DNA of 64,000 bases from Nitrospirota bacterium (GTDB lineage Bacteria; Nitrospirota; Thermodesulfovibrionia; Thermodesulfovibrionales; JdFR-86). The DNA lies in assembly GCA_963721805.1 (NCBI GenBank), contig CAVRJY010000001.1, positions 288,001 to 352,000 on the forward strand, in the 5' to 3' direction. The notes beneath the pieces are model-generated. The model was given only the letters and a program-made list of their open reading frames with translations, had not been told where the DNA came from and did not search any database. Positions 30,818 to 40,472 of the stretch are shown one piece after another. The translations under genes were made by a program, and so were the position numbers. Each line of letters opens with the position of its first letter. Position 1 is the stretch's first letter.

Positions 30818-32110
30818 ATGAAAGACAAGGCGTATCGCTTCGAGACTCAGGCCCTGCATGCCGGGCAGGTGCCGGACCCGACCACGCTATCGCGTGCGGT
30901 GCCGATCCACAGGACGACCTCATACGTCTTTAAGAACACCGAGCACGCGGCGAACCTCTTTGCGCTTCGGGAGCTCGGGAACCTCTATACGAGGCTCACT
31001 AACCCGACGACCGCGATCCTTGAGGAGCGCATAAGCGCGCTTGAGGGCGGCGCGGCCTCGGTCGCGCTGGCATCGGGCACGGCCGCGATATTCTATGCGG
31101 TCATAACCATCGCGGAGGCCGGAGACGAGATAGTATCGGCCTCGAACCTCTACGGCGGCACTATCACGCAGTTCGACTCGATACTGCCATCGCTCGGGAT
31201 CAAGACCACGTTCGTGGACCAGAGAGACCCGGCGAGCTTCGAGGCCGCGATCACGGAGCGGACTCGCGCAATCTTCATCGAGACTATAGGCAACCCCGTG
31301 CTGGATTTCACGGACGTCGCCGCTATCGCCGGGGTCGCGCACCGAAACGGCCTGCCGCTGATCGTGGACGCGACGTTTACGACGCCATACCTGCTTAGGA
31401 CTATCGAGCACGGCGCGGACATCGTGGTCAACTCGCTCTCGAAGTGGATCGGGGGCCACGGCACCGCCATAGGCGGGAGCGTGACCGACGCCGGAACGTT
31501 CAACTGGGCCGGGGGGCGGCACCCGCTCTTTACGCGGCCCGATCCGAATTACCACGGCCTGCGGTGGGCGCAGGACCTCCCTCCGGCGCTCGCGCCCATA
31601 GCGTTCGCGTTACGCGTGCGCACCGTGCCGCTTAGGAACCTCGGGGCCTGCATAGCGCCCGACAACTCCTGGATCTTCCTGCAGGGCACCGAGACCCTGT
31701 CGCTTCGGATGGAGCGCCACTGCCAAAACGCGCTCGCTGTGGCCAAACACCTGAGCTCTCACCCGAAGGTCGCGTGGGTGCGCCATCCGGGCCTCCCAAG
31801 CGATCCGGCATACGCCACCGCGAGCCGGTACCTGAAGCGCGGCTACGGGGGCATGGTCGTCACCGGGCTTAAGGGCGGGTATGACGCGGCGGTGAAGGTC
31901 ATAGACAGCATCGAGCTGTTTTCGCACCTCGCCAACGTGGGCGACGCCAAGAGCCTGATTCTGCACCCGGCCAGCACCTCGCACTCGCAGCTCACCGACG
32001 CCCAGAAGCTCTCCGGCGGGCTCACCCCCGACCTGATCAGGCTCTCCATCGGCATCGAGCACATAGACGACATCATCGGAGCGCTTGACGATGCGCTCGC
32101 GGGCGTATAG
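30818..32110 (+). CDS. metY: O-acetylhomoserine sulfhydrylase
   Basis: YTRLTNPT, SKWIGGHG PLP lysine, HLANVGD..HPASTSH. Confidence 0.93.
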   Translation: MKDKAYRFETQALHAGQVPDPTTLSRAVPIHRTTSYVFKNTEHAANLFALRELGNLYTRLTNPTTAILEERISALEGGAASVALASGTAAIFYAVITIAEAGDEIVSASNLYGGTITQFDSILPSLGIKTTFVDQRDPASFEAAITERTRAIFIETIGNPVLDFTDVAAIAGVAHRNGLPLIVDATFTTPYLLRTIEHGADIVVNSLSKWIGGHGTAIGGSVTDAGTFNWAGGRHPLFTRPDPNYHGLRWAQDLPPALAPIAFALRVRTVPLRNLGACIAPDNSWIFLQGTETLSLRMERHCQNALAVAKHLSSHPKVAWVRHPGLPSDPAYATASRYLKRGYGGMVVTGLKGGYDAAVKVIDSIELFSHLANVGDAKSLILHPASTSHSQLTDAQKLSGGLTPDLIRLSIGIEHIDDIIGALDDALAGV

Positions 32111-33017
32111 GTGGCGCTAGTCCTCCAGCAGGGGCTCGGCATCAAGCCGATGCTCCAGAGCCACCACATCCAGTGCGTCGACCTCGACGAGGCGATGAGG
32201 GAGGACATCCGCGCGCTGCGCATCGGGATACTGAACATCATGCCGCAGGCCGAGACGTACGAGTTCAGCCTGCTGTACGCGCTCGGCCGCTCGGTGCTCC
32301 AGATCGAACCTGTATGGATCAGGCTTCGGGAGCACCAGTACCGGAGCTCCGACCACGAGCACCTGAGGCGTCGGTACGTCTATCTTCGACGAGGCTATCT
32401 CCCGCGGCCCTATAGACGGCCTGCTGCTGACCGGCGCGCCCGTGGAGGACATGGACTTCGAGCAGGTCTTTTACTGGCGCGAGCTGCTCGGCATCTTGGA
32501 GCACTGCCAGATCAATTCGCAGAGCGTGCTGGGGATGTGCTGGGGCGGGCTCGCCCTGGCCAATATGATGGGGATCGAGAAGATACGCTATCCGCGCAAG
32601 CTTTTCGGCGTCTTCGAGACCCGCAACCTCGACCCCGAGCACCCGATTATGTGCGACCAGGACGACGTGTTCTGGTGCCCTCAGAGCCGCCACGCCGGGG
32701 TGGACGACGCAACGATGGAGGCCGCGGCCTCGCGCGGCGAGGTCAGCCTGCTGGCGCACGCGCCGGAGAGCGGCTATACGATATTTGAAAGCGGCGACGG
32801 AAAGCTGCTCGCGCACCTCGGCCACCCGGAATACCGCGCCATGAGGCTTGTCGACGAATACCGGAGGGACGCCGAGCGCGGACGCCAGGACGTCGGTGCG
32901 CCCGTGAACCTCTCGCTGGCCGCGCCGCAGAACCGGTGGAGGTCACACCGCAATGAGTTCTTCCGCCGGTGGGTGGACTTCATCCACGAGATGACCAATA
33001 AGAAACTTGCGCGGTGA
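32111..33017 (+). CDS. metA: Homoserine O-acyltransferase (MetA family), frameshifted near 32384
   Basis: IGILNIMP in one frame; DGLLLTGAPVE, CWG, PQSRH, GHPEY in the next. Confidence 0.9.
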
Positions 33018-33031
33018 AAGGGCGCTTTTTG

Positions 33032-33262
33032 AAAGCGCGCTAAAGTCGCGTGATACGTTGTCACGGCTCGGAAATCCGTCCTCAACGTACGTCATAGTAC
33101 GCCTCGGTACGTTTTCCTCGCCGTTCCTAGTCTGACGCGATTTATCGCGCTTTGCGGGGTTAGACGCGGCCCAGCCGCTGGACCCCGCCCCCCAAGGTCA
33201 ACGGCATTGATTAGAGATGAGCGCTGTGGCGTGAATTGGGAAGGGGGCCAATCGGCCCCCGC
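33032..33262 (+). repeat. Palindromic intergenic repeat, copy C
   Basis: Core 33032-33153 closely resembles copy A; extended tail shared with copies D and E. Confidence 0.85.
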
Positions 33263-33300
33263 ACCTTGACAGGGGGGCGGGTTGGTGCTAAGATTTAATC

Positions 33301-33405
33301 AGAGACAGGGAGCGCAACACAGAGCGCACCCGAAGGGCCGCGGCCTACGTCGGAGGTCCCGACAGACGAGCCGCAGATCAGCACCGCGACCCTTCGGTTT
33401 TTTAT
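33301..33405 (+). ncRNA. Candidate stand-alone small RNA
   Basis: TTGACA(33266)-17 bp-TAAGAT(33289) promoter; ccgaagggccgcgg...ccgcgacccttcgg stem followed by T6; no ORF; next gene is convergent. Confidence 0.5.
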
Positions 33406-33455
33406 TGTCCTGAGAGCCCCATTCAAAAAGATAGTGAGAGCCCGGTGGCTGCCGT

Positions 33456-33845
33456 CTATTCGCCGCCCTGTGCGTTGTTATAGGCCCTGCCCACGCGGGC
33501 GACGATTGCTGCGAGCCTCCTGTCGAGCTTCTCGCCGGGGCTGCCGAGGATCTTGCGCACCGCTCGGTTGCTCAGCCCGTACTTCGCTGCCAGCCTGCGC
33601 GGGCACATCCCGCCGCGGTGGTCCTTGCGGATGGCGGCATTGCGCGCTTCGCGAAACAGGCCCTCGAGGCTGTTGATGTAGATCATCGTGCCCTTTAAGG
33701 CCTTGGCGATCCTGAGCGCGGCCTCCGGCCCCGCGATCTCCGCGATCCTTCCCACGTCCCCGGAGAACAGCCCGCTCCCGCCGGCCCGCCGCCCGGTTTC
33801 GTTCGATTCGCGATGCGCCAATGTGGTTGTCCGTTTCTCTATCAT
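33456..33845 (-). CDS. Mor/C-family transcription activator
   Basis: IAEIAG..AL.I..GTMIYI..RNAAIR..LAAKYGLSNRAVRKIL matches the Mu Mor-like architecture. Confidence 0.8.
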   Translation of the reverse strand: MIEKRTTTLAHRESNETGRRAGGSGLFSGDVGRIAEIAGPEAALRIAKALKGTMIYINSLEGLFREARNAAIRKDHRGGMCPRRLAAKYGLSNRAVRKILGSPGEKLDRRLAAIVARVGRAYNNAQGGE

Positions 33846-33850
33846 TTTCC

Positions 33851-34184
33851 TAACAATAGTTAATGGTTATACGAAGAAATAATCGGTCGGGCACTCAAGC
33901 GCCCTGGCGAGCTTGGCCAGGGTGTTTGCGCGCGGCTCTTTCTTTCCCTTCTCCAAGGCCGATATAGAGACCTGGCTGAGGCCGATTTCCTTGGAAAGGC
34001 GCACCTGCGTCTTTCCCAACCGCCTTCGCCTCACCGACATCCTCTCGGGGCTGAATTGCATGTCCGCACCTCCTTTCGCTAACTATTGTTAGTTTATACC
34101 TCTCATTTTACTACTGTCAAGGGTAATACTTAACTTTAGTTAGTAAAAAGGGCTTGACAATTGCTTTTCTATAAACTATAGTTA
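33851..34184. promoter_or_regulatory. Four palindromic operators, consensus TAACTATAGTTA, with back-to-back sigma70 promoters
   Basis: TAACAATAGTTA 33851, TAACTATTGTTA 34080, TAACTTTAGTTA 34131, AAACTATAGTTA 34173; TTGACA on both strands (34115-34120 minus, 34154-34159 plus). Confidence 0.8.
33867..34061 (-). CDS. Cro-like XRE HTH protein
   Basis: TQVRLSKEIGLSQVSISALEKG..P..TLAKLARAL; GGAGG RBS. Confidence 0.9.
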   Translation of the reverse strand: MQFSPERMSVRRRRLGKTQVRLSKEIGLSQVSISALEKGKKEPRANTLAKLARALECPTDYFFV

Positions 34185-34188
34185 ATGC

Positions 34189-34836
34189 ATGGTGAAGATA
34201 AAGGCCACCGACATGAAGCGGATCGGCGGATTCATTAAGAGAAAGAGGATAGAGAAAAACCTCACCGCGCGCAGGCTGGCCGAACTCGTCGGGGTCTCGG
34301 ACGCCCATATCATCTATATAGAGAAGGGCCAGCGCGGGGCCTCCTTCGACATCATCGTAAACATACTCTCAGCGCTGGGCGAGACGGTCGAGGGCATGCT
34401 CGCCGAGATCAGGCGCAGCCGCTCCAACGTCGAGCCGGCGCGGATGGCCTCCCCGGCGCCGATCCCCGTGGTCTCATGGGTGACGGCCGGTAAGTGGCGC
34501 GAGGTCTGCGACGTCTTCGAGCCCGGCGACTCGGACGAGTGGATAGAGAGCGACGTCCGGGGCAGAAACGTCTTCGCGCTTCGCGTGACGGGGGATTCGA
34601 TGGACCCGGAGTTCAAGGACGGCGAGATCATCGTCGTGAACCCTCATATCGAGGCCACGCCGAACGACTATGTCGTGGTCAAAAACCCGAGGGGCGAGGC
34701 CACCTTCAAGCAGCTCAAGAAATACGGCCAGAGGTGGGTCCTGCACCCCTTAAACCCCAGGTACGAGGACGAGGAGGTCAGGAAGGGCGACTTCGCGATC
34801 ATAGGCAAGGTCGTCAAAAAAGAGAAACGGTATTAG
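34189..34836 (+). CDS. CI/LexA-like repressor (HTH + S24 peptidase)
   Basis: XRE HTH, VTAG cleavage site, ALRVTGDSM (Ser) and ATFKQL (Lys). Confidence 0.92.
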   Translation: MVKIKATDMKRIGGFIKRKRIEKNLTARRLAELVGVSDAHIIYIEKGQRGASFDIIVNILSALGETVEGMLAEIRRSRSNVEPARMASPAPIPVVSWVTAGKWREVCDVFEPGDSDEWIESDVRGRNVFALRVTGDSMDPEFKDGEIIVVNPHIEATPNDYVVVKNPRGEATFKQLKKYGQRWVLHPLNPRYEDEEVRKGDFAIIGKVVKKEKRY

Positions 34837-34898
34837 AAAGGCCAGGCCCGGGCGTTTGTAGGGCGCGCAGCCCGTATGGTAAAATTATCTTTGCCCTA

Positions 34899-34974
34899 GG
34901 GCGGTTAGCTCAGTTGGGAGAGCGCGGCGTTCGCAACGCCGAGGTCGAGGGTTCGACCCCCTTACCGTCCACCA
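34899..34974 (+). tRNA. tRNA-Ala(CGC)
   Basis: 76-nt cloverleaf, anticodon loop TT-CGC-AA, G3:U70 pair, GGTTCGA T-arm, encoded CCA. Confidence 0.96.
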
Positions 34975-34975
34975 T

Positions 34976-35018
34976 AAAAATCCCCCTGATCCCAAACAGA
35001 TCAGGGGGATTCTTTTTT
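34976..35018. terminator. Intrinsic terminator after tRNA
   Basis: aatccccctgatc...gatcagggggatt followed by a T tract. Confidence 0.85.
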
Positions 35019-35095
35019 GTCCGAACCTGAGCGTGTCAGGAGGGAGCCCATCGGGGCGGGACTTGGAGATCCAGCCCCGATGGGTGGATACTATG

Positions 35096-37234
35096 TTACT
35101 GCCTGACGCCTACCATAAGCCTGATCGTGCCGTCGGTGGCCCCGTTGTCCATGGACATGAAAACCTGCGCGTCGGGGCTGAGCATGCCGCTGTCGCCCGT
35201 GGACATCGTCAGCTGTCCGCCGGTGCCCATCGTGTAGGTACCGCCGCTGGCGTATGGCTGCCCGTCGCTGCTGTAGAGGTCCTGGGCAGAGAAATTGCCG
35301 CTGCCGTCGAAGGTCATCGCGCTGACGCCGGTCCATGCGAGGTCTCCGGTGATCGCCGTCTGCGCGACCGTATAGTCGCCGGCCATCGATCCAGCATTAA
35401 GCCCGCTGGAGGTCGAGACGCCGATGGCCATGCCGGTCTTCCGGCCTGAGTTGCCGACCTGCACGAGGCTCAGAACGGCGCCGTCGGACCTCGCGAAGCC
35501 CTGCAGCTGCATGCCGTTGACCTTCATCGTAACCTTGCCGTTGTTCGCGACCTGGTACCTGCCGGACTTGGCCATGCCGTTGCCCGGTGCGCCTTCGCCG
35601 CCGTCGGTGTTGCCTCCGGTGGTGCCAGCGTTACGGTAGGACATCCTGCCGTTGCCCTTAAACTGGATGTTCACGAGGAACGGGGTCGAGGTGACCTGGC
35701 CTGTGCCGGTGGCCGTCATCGCCACGCCGCCTATGACATACGTTCCCTTAAGCTTGGACCTGCCCATGTGGCCGGAGGCCCTGAACCCGAGGCCGATGCT
35801 CAGGGCGTTGTCCCCGGCCGTCGAGGTGTCGGCCCATGCCATGGCGTTGCCGTCAGCTGACTGCGCGGACATGCCGCCGGTTGTTCCAAAGGACATAAGC
35901 CCTTCGGCGGTCGTGGTGACCATGCCGGTCATCCTGTTGCCCATGCCCATGGATGAGCCCGAGCCCATGGGGTTGCCGCTGAAGTTGCCCTGGCTGTCGA
36001 TGCCGAGGTTGTACATCTGGTCCCAGAAGGGCTGGCCGGATGAACGCCAGCCGAACATCCCGAAGACGTAGTTGCCGGCAGGACCCGTTCCGCCTGTGCC
36101 GCCTGTGCCTCCGGCCAGGGTCGTCGCCGTGGCGGTATTGCTCGCGGCCGATACGTTGCCGGCCGCGTCGGCTGCCTCGACGGTGTAGTTATAGGTGGTC
36201 GTAGGCGCGATCGCCATATCCGTGTAGCTGGTCATGGCCGTAGAGCCTATCTGCGTGCCGTCGCGGAAGACCTTGTATCCGGTCACGCCAACGTTATCGG
36301 AGGACGCGCCCCAGATGAGCTTGACCGAATTGGCCATCACCGATGCCGTGAGCCCGGAGGGTGCGGACGGCGGCGTGGTGTCGGTAACCGAGACGCTTAC
36401 GTTCACCGAGGCGCTTGCCGGGCTAGAGACGTTACCGGCCGCGTCCTTGGCCCATGCATACATGGTATTGGCGCCCGCGGAGCCGGCCATGTAGCTCGTG
36501 GGAGCGGTGGCCGACCAGCCGGCCGCGTTAGCGAGCGGCGCGGTAGCGGAAGTGGTCACCATGTATCCGGTCACGCCGACGTTATCGGTGGCCGTGAAGC
36601 TCGTGATCATCATCGTCATCGAGGATGACATGGCCGGCATGCTGAAGCCGGTGATCGTCGGTGGCGTGGTATCGGTCGTCGCGCCGCCTGCGGAAACCGT
36701 GAACGAATTGGTCGATACGACTTCCATCCCATGGTTGGGGTTGTTCGGGTCAGGCGTCCAGCCCGTGCCGAATACGCTGGATGAGGCGTCGTACTGGTTG
36801 CCGTACCACGCGACCTTCCAGGTGTAAGTGCCCGGGGTCGAAGGCGCGGGCGAGTTCAGGACTATGGGATAGCCCATGCCGCCGCCCATACCGCCGCTCA
36901 TCGCGCCGGTGCTGCGGGCAAGCTCGACGCCGTTTTGGTCAAGGAGGAGGCCGCGGATCCAGCCGGTCCGGTAGCCGCCGGTCATTGTTACGCTCACGGA
37001 CTCGCCGGGGGCGTACGTGGCCTTGGAGGTCGTACCGGTTATGTTAATGACGTTTTTGTTGCTGTTAGAGTGCGTGCCGTGCGAGTGGCAGCCGTTACAG
37101 GTAGTGGGCGATGCGGCGTGGCAGCTTGTGCAGTTTGCAGCGAAATAGCTCGATTCAGCACTGGCGTTCGACGGCATGAATCCAAACGCCGCGAAGCCCA
37201 GGATACAGCAGAGGATTATTAAACTTTTTTGCAT
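35096..37234 (-). CDS. Secreted diheme cytochrome c / Ig-like / Fn3 protein, Met-rich paralogue 1
   Basis: Signal peptide, CTSCH and CNGCH, DTTPP..SDNVGVTGY..YTVEAADAAGNVS Fn3 module; AGGAG RBS. Confidence 0.85.
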   Translation of the reverse strand: MQKSLIILCCILGFAAFGFMPSNASAESSYFAANCTSCHAASPTTCNGCHSHGTHSNSNKNVINITGTTSKATYAPGESVSVTMTGGYRTGWIRGLLLDQNGVELARSTGAMSGGMGGGMGYPIVLNSPAPSTPGTYTWKVAWYGNQYDASSSVFGTGWTPDPNNPNHGMEVVSTNSFTVSAGGATTDTTPPTITGFSMPAMSSSMTMMITSFTATDNVGVTGYMVTTSATAPLANAAGWSATAPTSYMAGSAGANTMYAWAKDAAGNVSSPASASVNVSVSVTDTTPPSAPSGLTASVMANSVKLIWGASSDNVGVTGYKVFRDGTQIGSTAMTSYTDMAIAPTTTYNYTVEAADAAGNVSAASNTATATTLAGGTGGTGGTGPAGNYVFGMFGWRSSGQPFWDQMYNLGIDSQGNFSGNPMGSGSSMGMGNRMTGMVTTTAEGLMSFGTTGGMSAQSADGNAMAWADTSTAGDNALSIGLGFRASGHMGRSKLKGTYVIGGVAMTATGTGQVTSTPFLVNIQFKGNGRMSYRNAGTTGGNTDGGEGAPGNGMAKSGRYQVANNGKVTMKVNGMQLQGFARSDGAVLSLVQVGNSGRKTGMAIGVSTSSGLNAGSMAGDYTVAQTAITGDLAWTGVSAMTFDGSGNFSAQDLYSSDGQPYASGGTYTMGTGGQLTMSTGDSGMLSPDAQVFMSMDNGATDGTIRLMVGVRQ

Positions 37235-37433
37235 TGGTACTCTCCTTTTTGGTTGTTCAGGCATAATACGAAGATGACGGCAGGCAGCGTCTTTGCTTGA
37301 TCGCACGGTGTCGTCTCTCTTGCCCCCTTTCGTTTTAGTTCGCTTGTTCTCGGTCCGCATGCGCCGGGACGCAACTCTCCTTATGCCCCATTGCGCACCT
37401 CCGCTGTGCCCCCTTCTGAAGGGAGGGGGAAAT

Positions 37434-37553
37434 AAAAAACCGCCAGAGCCATGTTTCCTCTGGCGGCCCGGCTGACATGAAACGGGATGCGCTCCGTTCG
37501 TTAGTCCCGTTGCTCTGCGCCCCGGGGTTTCCCGCGGTTTGCTCTGAGCAGAG
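37434..37553 (-). promoter_or_regulatory. GEMM-I cyclic dinucleotide riboswitch (A20 variant) with overlapping terminator
   Basis: CUCUG-CUCAGA-GCAAACC-gcgg-GAAA-cccc-GGGGCGCAGAGC..GGGACUAA..UGUCAGCCGGGCCGCC-AGAG; terminator ccgccagag/ctctggcgg plus U6. Confidence 0.9.
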
Positions 37554-37597
37554 TCCTTGATGCCTTCGATCTTGTGCATATAGGATAGCACCAAAAT

Positions 37598-37646
37598 ATG
37601 AAAACGCTGTGAAGCGGGCGCATATGAAATATGATTATTTTGTGAA
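37598..37646 (-). promoter_or_regulatory. 11-bp-phased TTCAC/TTCAT repeats (OmpR/PhoB-type site)
   Basis: Plus-strand ATGAA 37598, GTGAA 37609, ATGAT 37631, GTGAA 37642; same pair at 40520/40531. Confidence 0.45.
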
Positions 37647-37744
37647 CCCCCGATCCGCCTCTTTAAGGTGGCTTATGGGGGGGCCCATCCAGGCGGGGGG
37701 GGTATGAGGAGGGCCCCGCCTGGATGGGTTAAAAACTTTTGCTC

Positions 37745-40155
37745 TTACTCTTTTACGCCGATTCGCAGTCCGATAGAGCCGTCAGGGTTTCCCCTGTCTA
37801 CGGACATGAAAACCTGCTCGTCGGGGCTGATCATGCCGCTGTCTCCGGTGGACATCGTAAGCTGTCCGCCGGCCGCGACCCGGTAGGTCCCGCCAGCCGC
37901 GTACGGCTGCCCGTCGCTGCTGTAGAGGTCCTGGGCCGAGAAGTTGCCGTTGCCGTCGAAGTCCATCCTGCTGATGCCGGTCCACGCGGAGCTGCCCGTA
38001 AGTACCGTCTGGGCCACCGCATAGCCGCCGGAAAGGGAGGCTGAACTCATGCCGGTCGAGACCGGGATACCGACGGCGATGCCGTCCTTAAGGCTGGAGC
38101 CGGGCTGCACAAGGCTGATGAGCCTGCCGCCGTCCTTGACCGAGCCCTTAAGGTTCATATTATTTATCGTCATCGAGACTGAGCCGCTGCGCGAGACCGA
38201 ATACTTGCCCGAATATATCTTAGTACTGGTCACGCTGGTATCCCTCGATGCGGTCCTGGAGCCGGAGTCGTCACCGGTGCCGCTCGTGCTGCTGACGGCG
38301 CTGTAGGTCATGGTGCCGTCGCCCTTGAACGTCATGTTATACAGGTAAGCCTTCGCCGTCGTCTGACCGGTGCTGTTTTCCACCGTGGTGACGCCGCCCA
38401 GCAGGTACTTGCCCTTGAGCGTGGCATTGCTCATGCGCGTGGTGGGCTTCGCGAACCCCAGCCCGATGCTCAGGGAGTTGTCCGCGGTCTCTGAGGAGTC
38501 AGCCCACGCAAGGACCTTTCCGTCCGAGGACGGGGCCGCGATGCCGTCGAGAGCGTCAAAGTACAGGAGCCCTTCATCGGTCAGGCTGACCGTGCCGGTG
38601 CCGGTCGAGGAGCCGTCGTCGGATGAGCCCACCTGTGAGTAGGTGAAGTTGCCCTGACCGTCGAGCCCGAGGTTATACAGCTTGTCCCAGAAATTGTCCT
38701 GAGACGATTGCCATCCGAAGAGGTCGAGCGAGAAGCTGCCGCTTACTCCGGTGGCAGCGCCGCCTGCCTGGGTCGTGACCGTCGCGGTGTTGCTGGGCGC
38801 CGATACGTTGCCGGCAGCGTCGGTGGCTTCAACGGTGTAGTTATAGGTGGTCGATGCGGCGACCGTCATGTCCGTGTAACCGGCCGCGGCCGAGGTGCCT
38901 ATCTGCGCGCCGTCACGGAGGATCAGGTATCCGGTCACGCCTACGTTGTCAGAAGACGCGTTCCAGGTGAGCTTGACCGAATTGGTGGCCGTCGAGGCCG
39001 TGAGCCCTGTGGGTGCGGAAGGGGCTACCGTGTCCGAGATCGTTATCGTAACTGAAGCGCTCATCGAGGCGGATACGTTGCCCGCTGCGTCCTTAGCCCA
39101 TGCATAGAGGGTTTTGGTCCCTGCGGTGCTAAACGTATAGCTCGCGGGAGCGCTAGCCGACCATCCTGCCACGGTAGCAAGCGGCTTGGTCGAGGACTCG
39201 GTCACCATGTAGCCGGTGACGCCGTGTTGTCGGTGGCCATCATGCTTGAGATCGGTACGGTGAGCGAGGACGAGGTGGCCGGTATGCTGAAGCCGGTCAT
39301 CGTCGGTGCCATCGTATCGGGAAGCGTTATCGTAACTGAAGCGCTCATCGAGGAAGATACGTTGCCCGCGGCGTCCTTGGCCCATGCATAGAGGGTTTTG
39401 GTCCCTGCGGTGCTAAACGTATAGCTCGCGGGAGCGCTAGCCGACCATCCTGCCACAGTAGCAAGCGGTGCGGTCGCGGACTCGTTTACGAGGTATCCGG
39501 TGACGGCCGTGTCGTCGGTGGCCATCATGCTTGAGATCGGTACGGTGAGCGAGGACGAGGTGGCAGGTATGCTGAAGCCGGTCATCGTCGGTGCCATCGT
39601 ATCTACCATGGCCACGACCGTGAACGAGTTTGCGCTGACGACTTCCATTCCATGGTTTGGGTTGTTCGGATCAGGCGTCCAGCCGGCTCCGAATATGCTG
39701 GATGAGGCGTCGTACTGGTTGCCGTACCACGCGACCTTCCAGGTGTAAGTGCCCGGAGTCGAAGGCGCAGGCGAGTTCAGAACTATGGGGTAGCCGGGTC
39801 CGCCACCCATGCCGCCGCTTGCGGTGCCGGTGCTGCGGGCAAGCTCCACGCCGTTTTGGTCAAAGAGGAGGCCGCGGATCCAACCGGTCCTGTAGCCGCC
39901 GGTGAGCGTTACGTTTACGAGCTCTCCGGGGGCGTAACTGGCCTTGGAGGTGGTCCCGGCTACGTTAATTACGTTTTTTGTGCTGTTAGAGTGGGTACCG
40001 TGCGAGTGGCAGCCGTTGCAGGTAGACGGCGATGCCGCGTGGCAGCTCGTGCAGTACGTCGCGAAATAGGTCGACTGTGCGCTGGCGTCCGATGCCATGA
40101 ATCCAAATGCTGCAATCCCTAAGATGCAGCACAGGATAATTAAACTTCTTTGCAT
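37745..40155 (-). CDS. Secreted diheme cytochrome c / Ig-like x2 / Fn3 protein, paralogue 2, frameshift near 39222
   Basis: N-terminus near-identical to paralogue 1 (CTSCH, CNGCH); internal duplication of about 282 bp in which one copy is 1 nt short. Confidence 0.85.
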
Positions 40156-40352
40156 TAATACGCTCCTTTTAGTTTGGTTCGGCATAATACGAAGATGACG
40201 GCAACTGGCGTCATTGCTTGGTTAGGCGATGTCGTCTCCCGAGCCTCCTTTCATTTTGGATGGCTTTTTGTTTGCCCGTATGCACAAGGACGCACCTCTC
40301 CCTATGGCCCATCGCGCACCTCCGCTGTGCCCCTCCTGAAGGGAGGGGAAAT

Positions 40353-40472
40353 AAAAAACCGCCAGAGTAGGTTTCCCTCTGGCGGCCCGGCTGACATGAA
40401 ACGGGATGCTTCCCGCTCGTTAGTCCCGTTGCTCTGCGCCCCGCGGTTTCCCGAGGTTAGCTCTGAGCAGAG
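40353..40472 (-). promoter_or_regulatory. Second GEMM-I riboswitch (A20 variant) with overlapping terminator
   Basis: CUCUG-CUCAGA-GCUAACC-ucgg-GAAA-ccgc-GGGGCGCAGAGC..GGGACUAA..UGUCAGCCGGGCCGCC-AGAG followed by terminator. Confidence 0.9.

Noticed and set aside
33301..33405. SRP RNA, 6S RNA or a SAM riboswitch near the met genes
   Set aside because: Lacks the SRP CAGG-GGAA-AGCAG motif, is too short for 6S, has no SAM-I core and lies downstream of the met genes
33456..35018. Intact prophage or integrative element at tRNA-Ala
   Set aside because: No integrase, no duplicated tRNA 3' end seen and no structural or replication genes
37235..37594. 120-aa N-terminal extension of the 832-aa ORF
   Set aside because: It runs through the riboswitch and terminator; the real start is MQKSL at 37234, with an RBS, signal peptide and matching paralogue start
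37575..37597. Sigma54 promoter for cytochrome paralogue 1
   Set aside because: GG-to-GC spacing is 13 rather than 10; an extended -10 fits better
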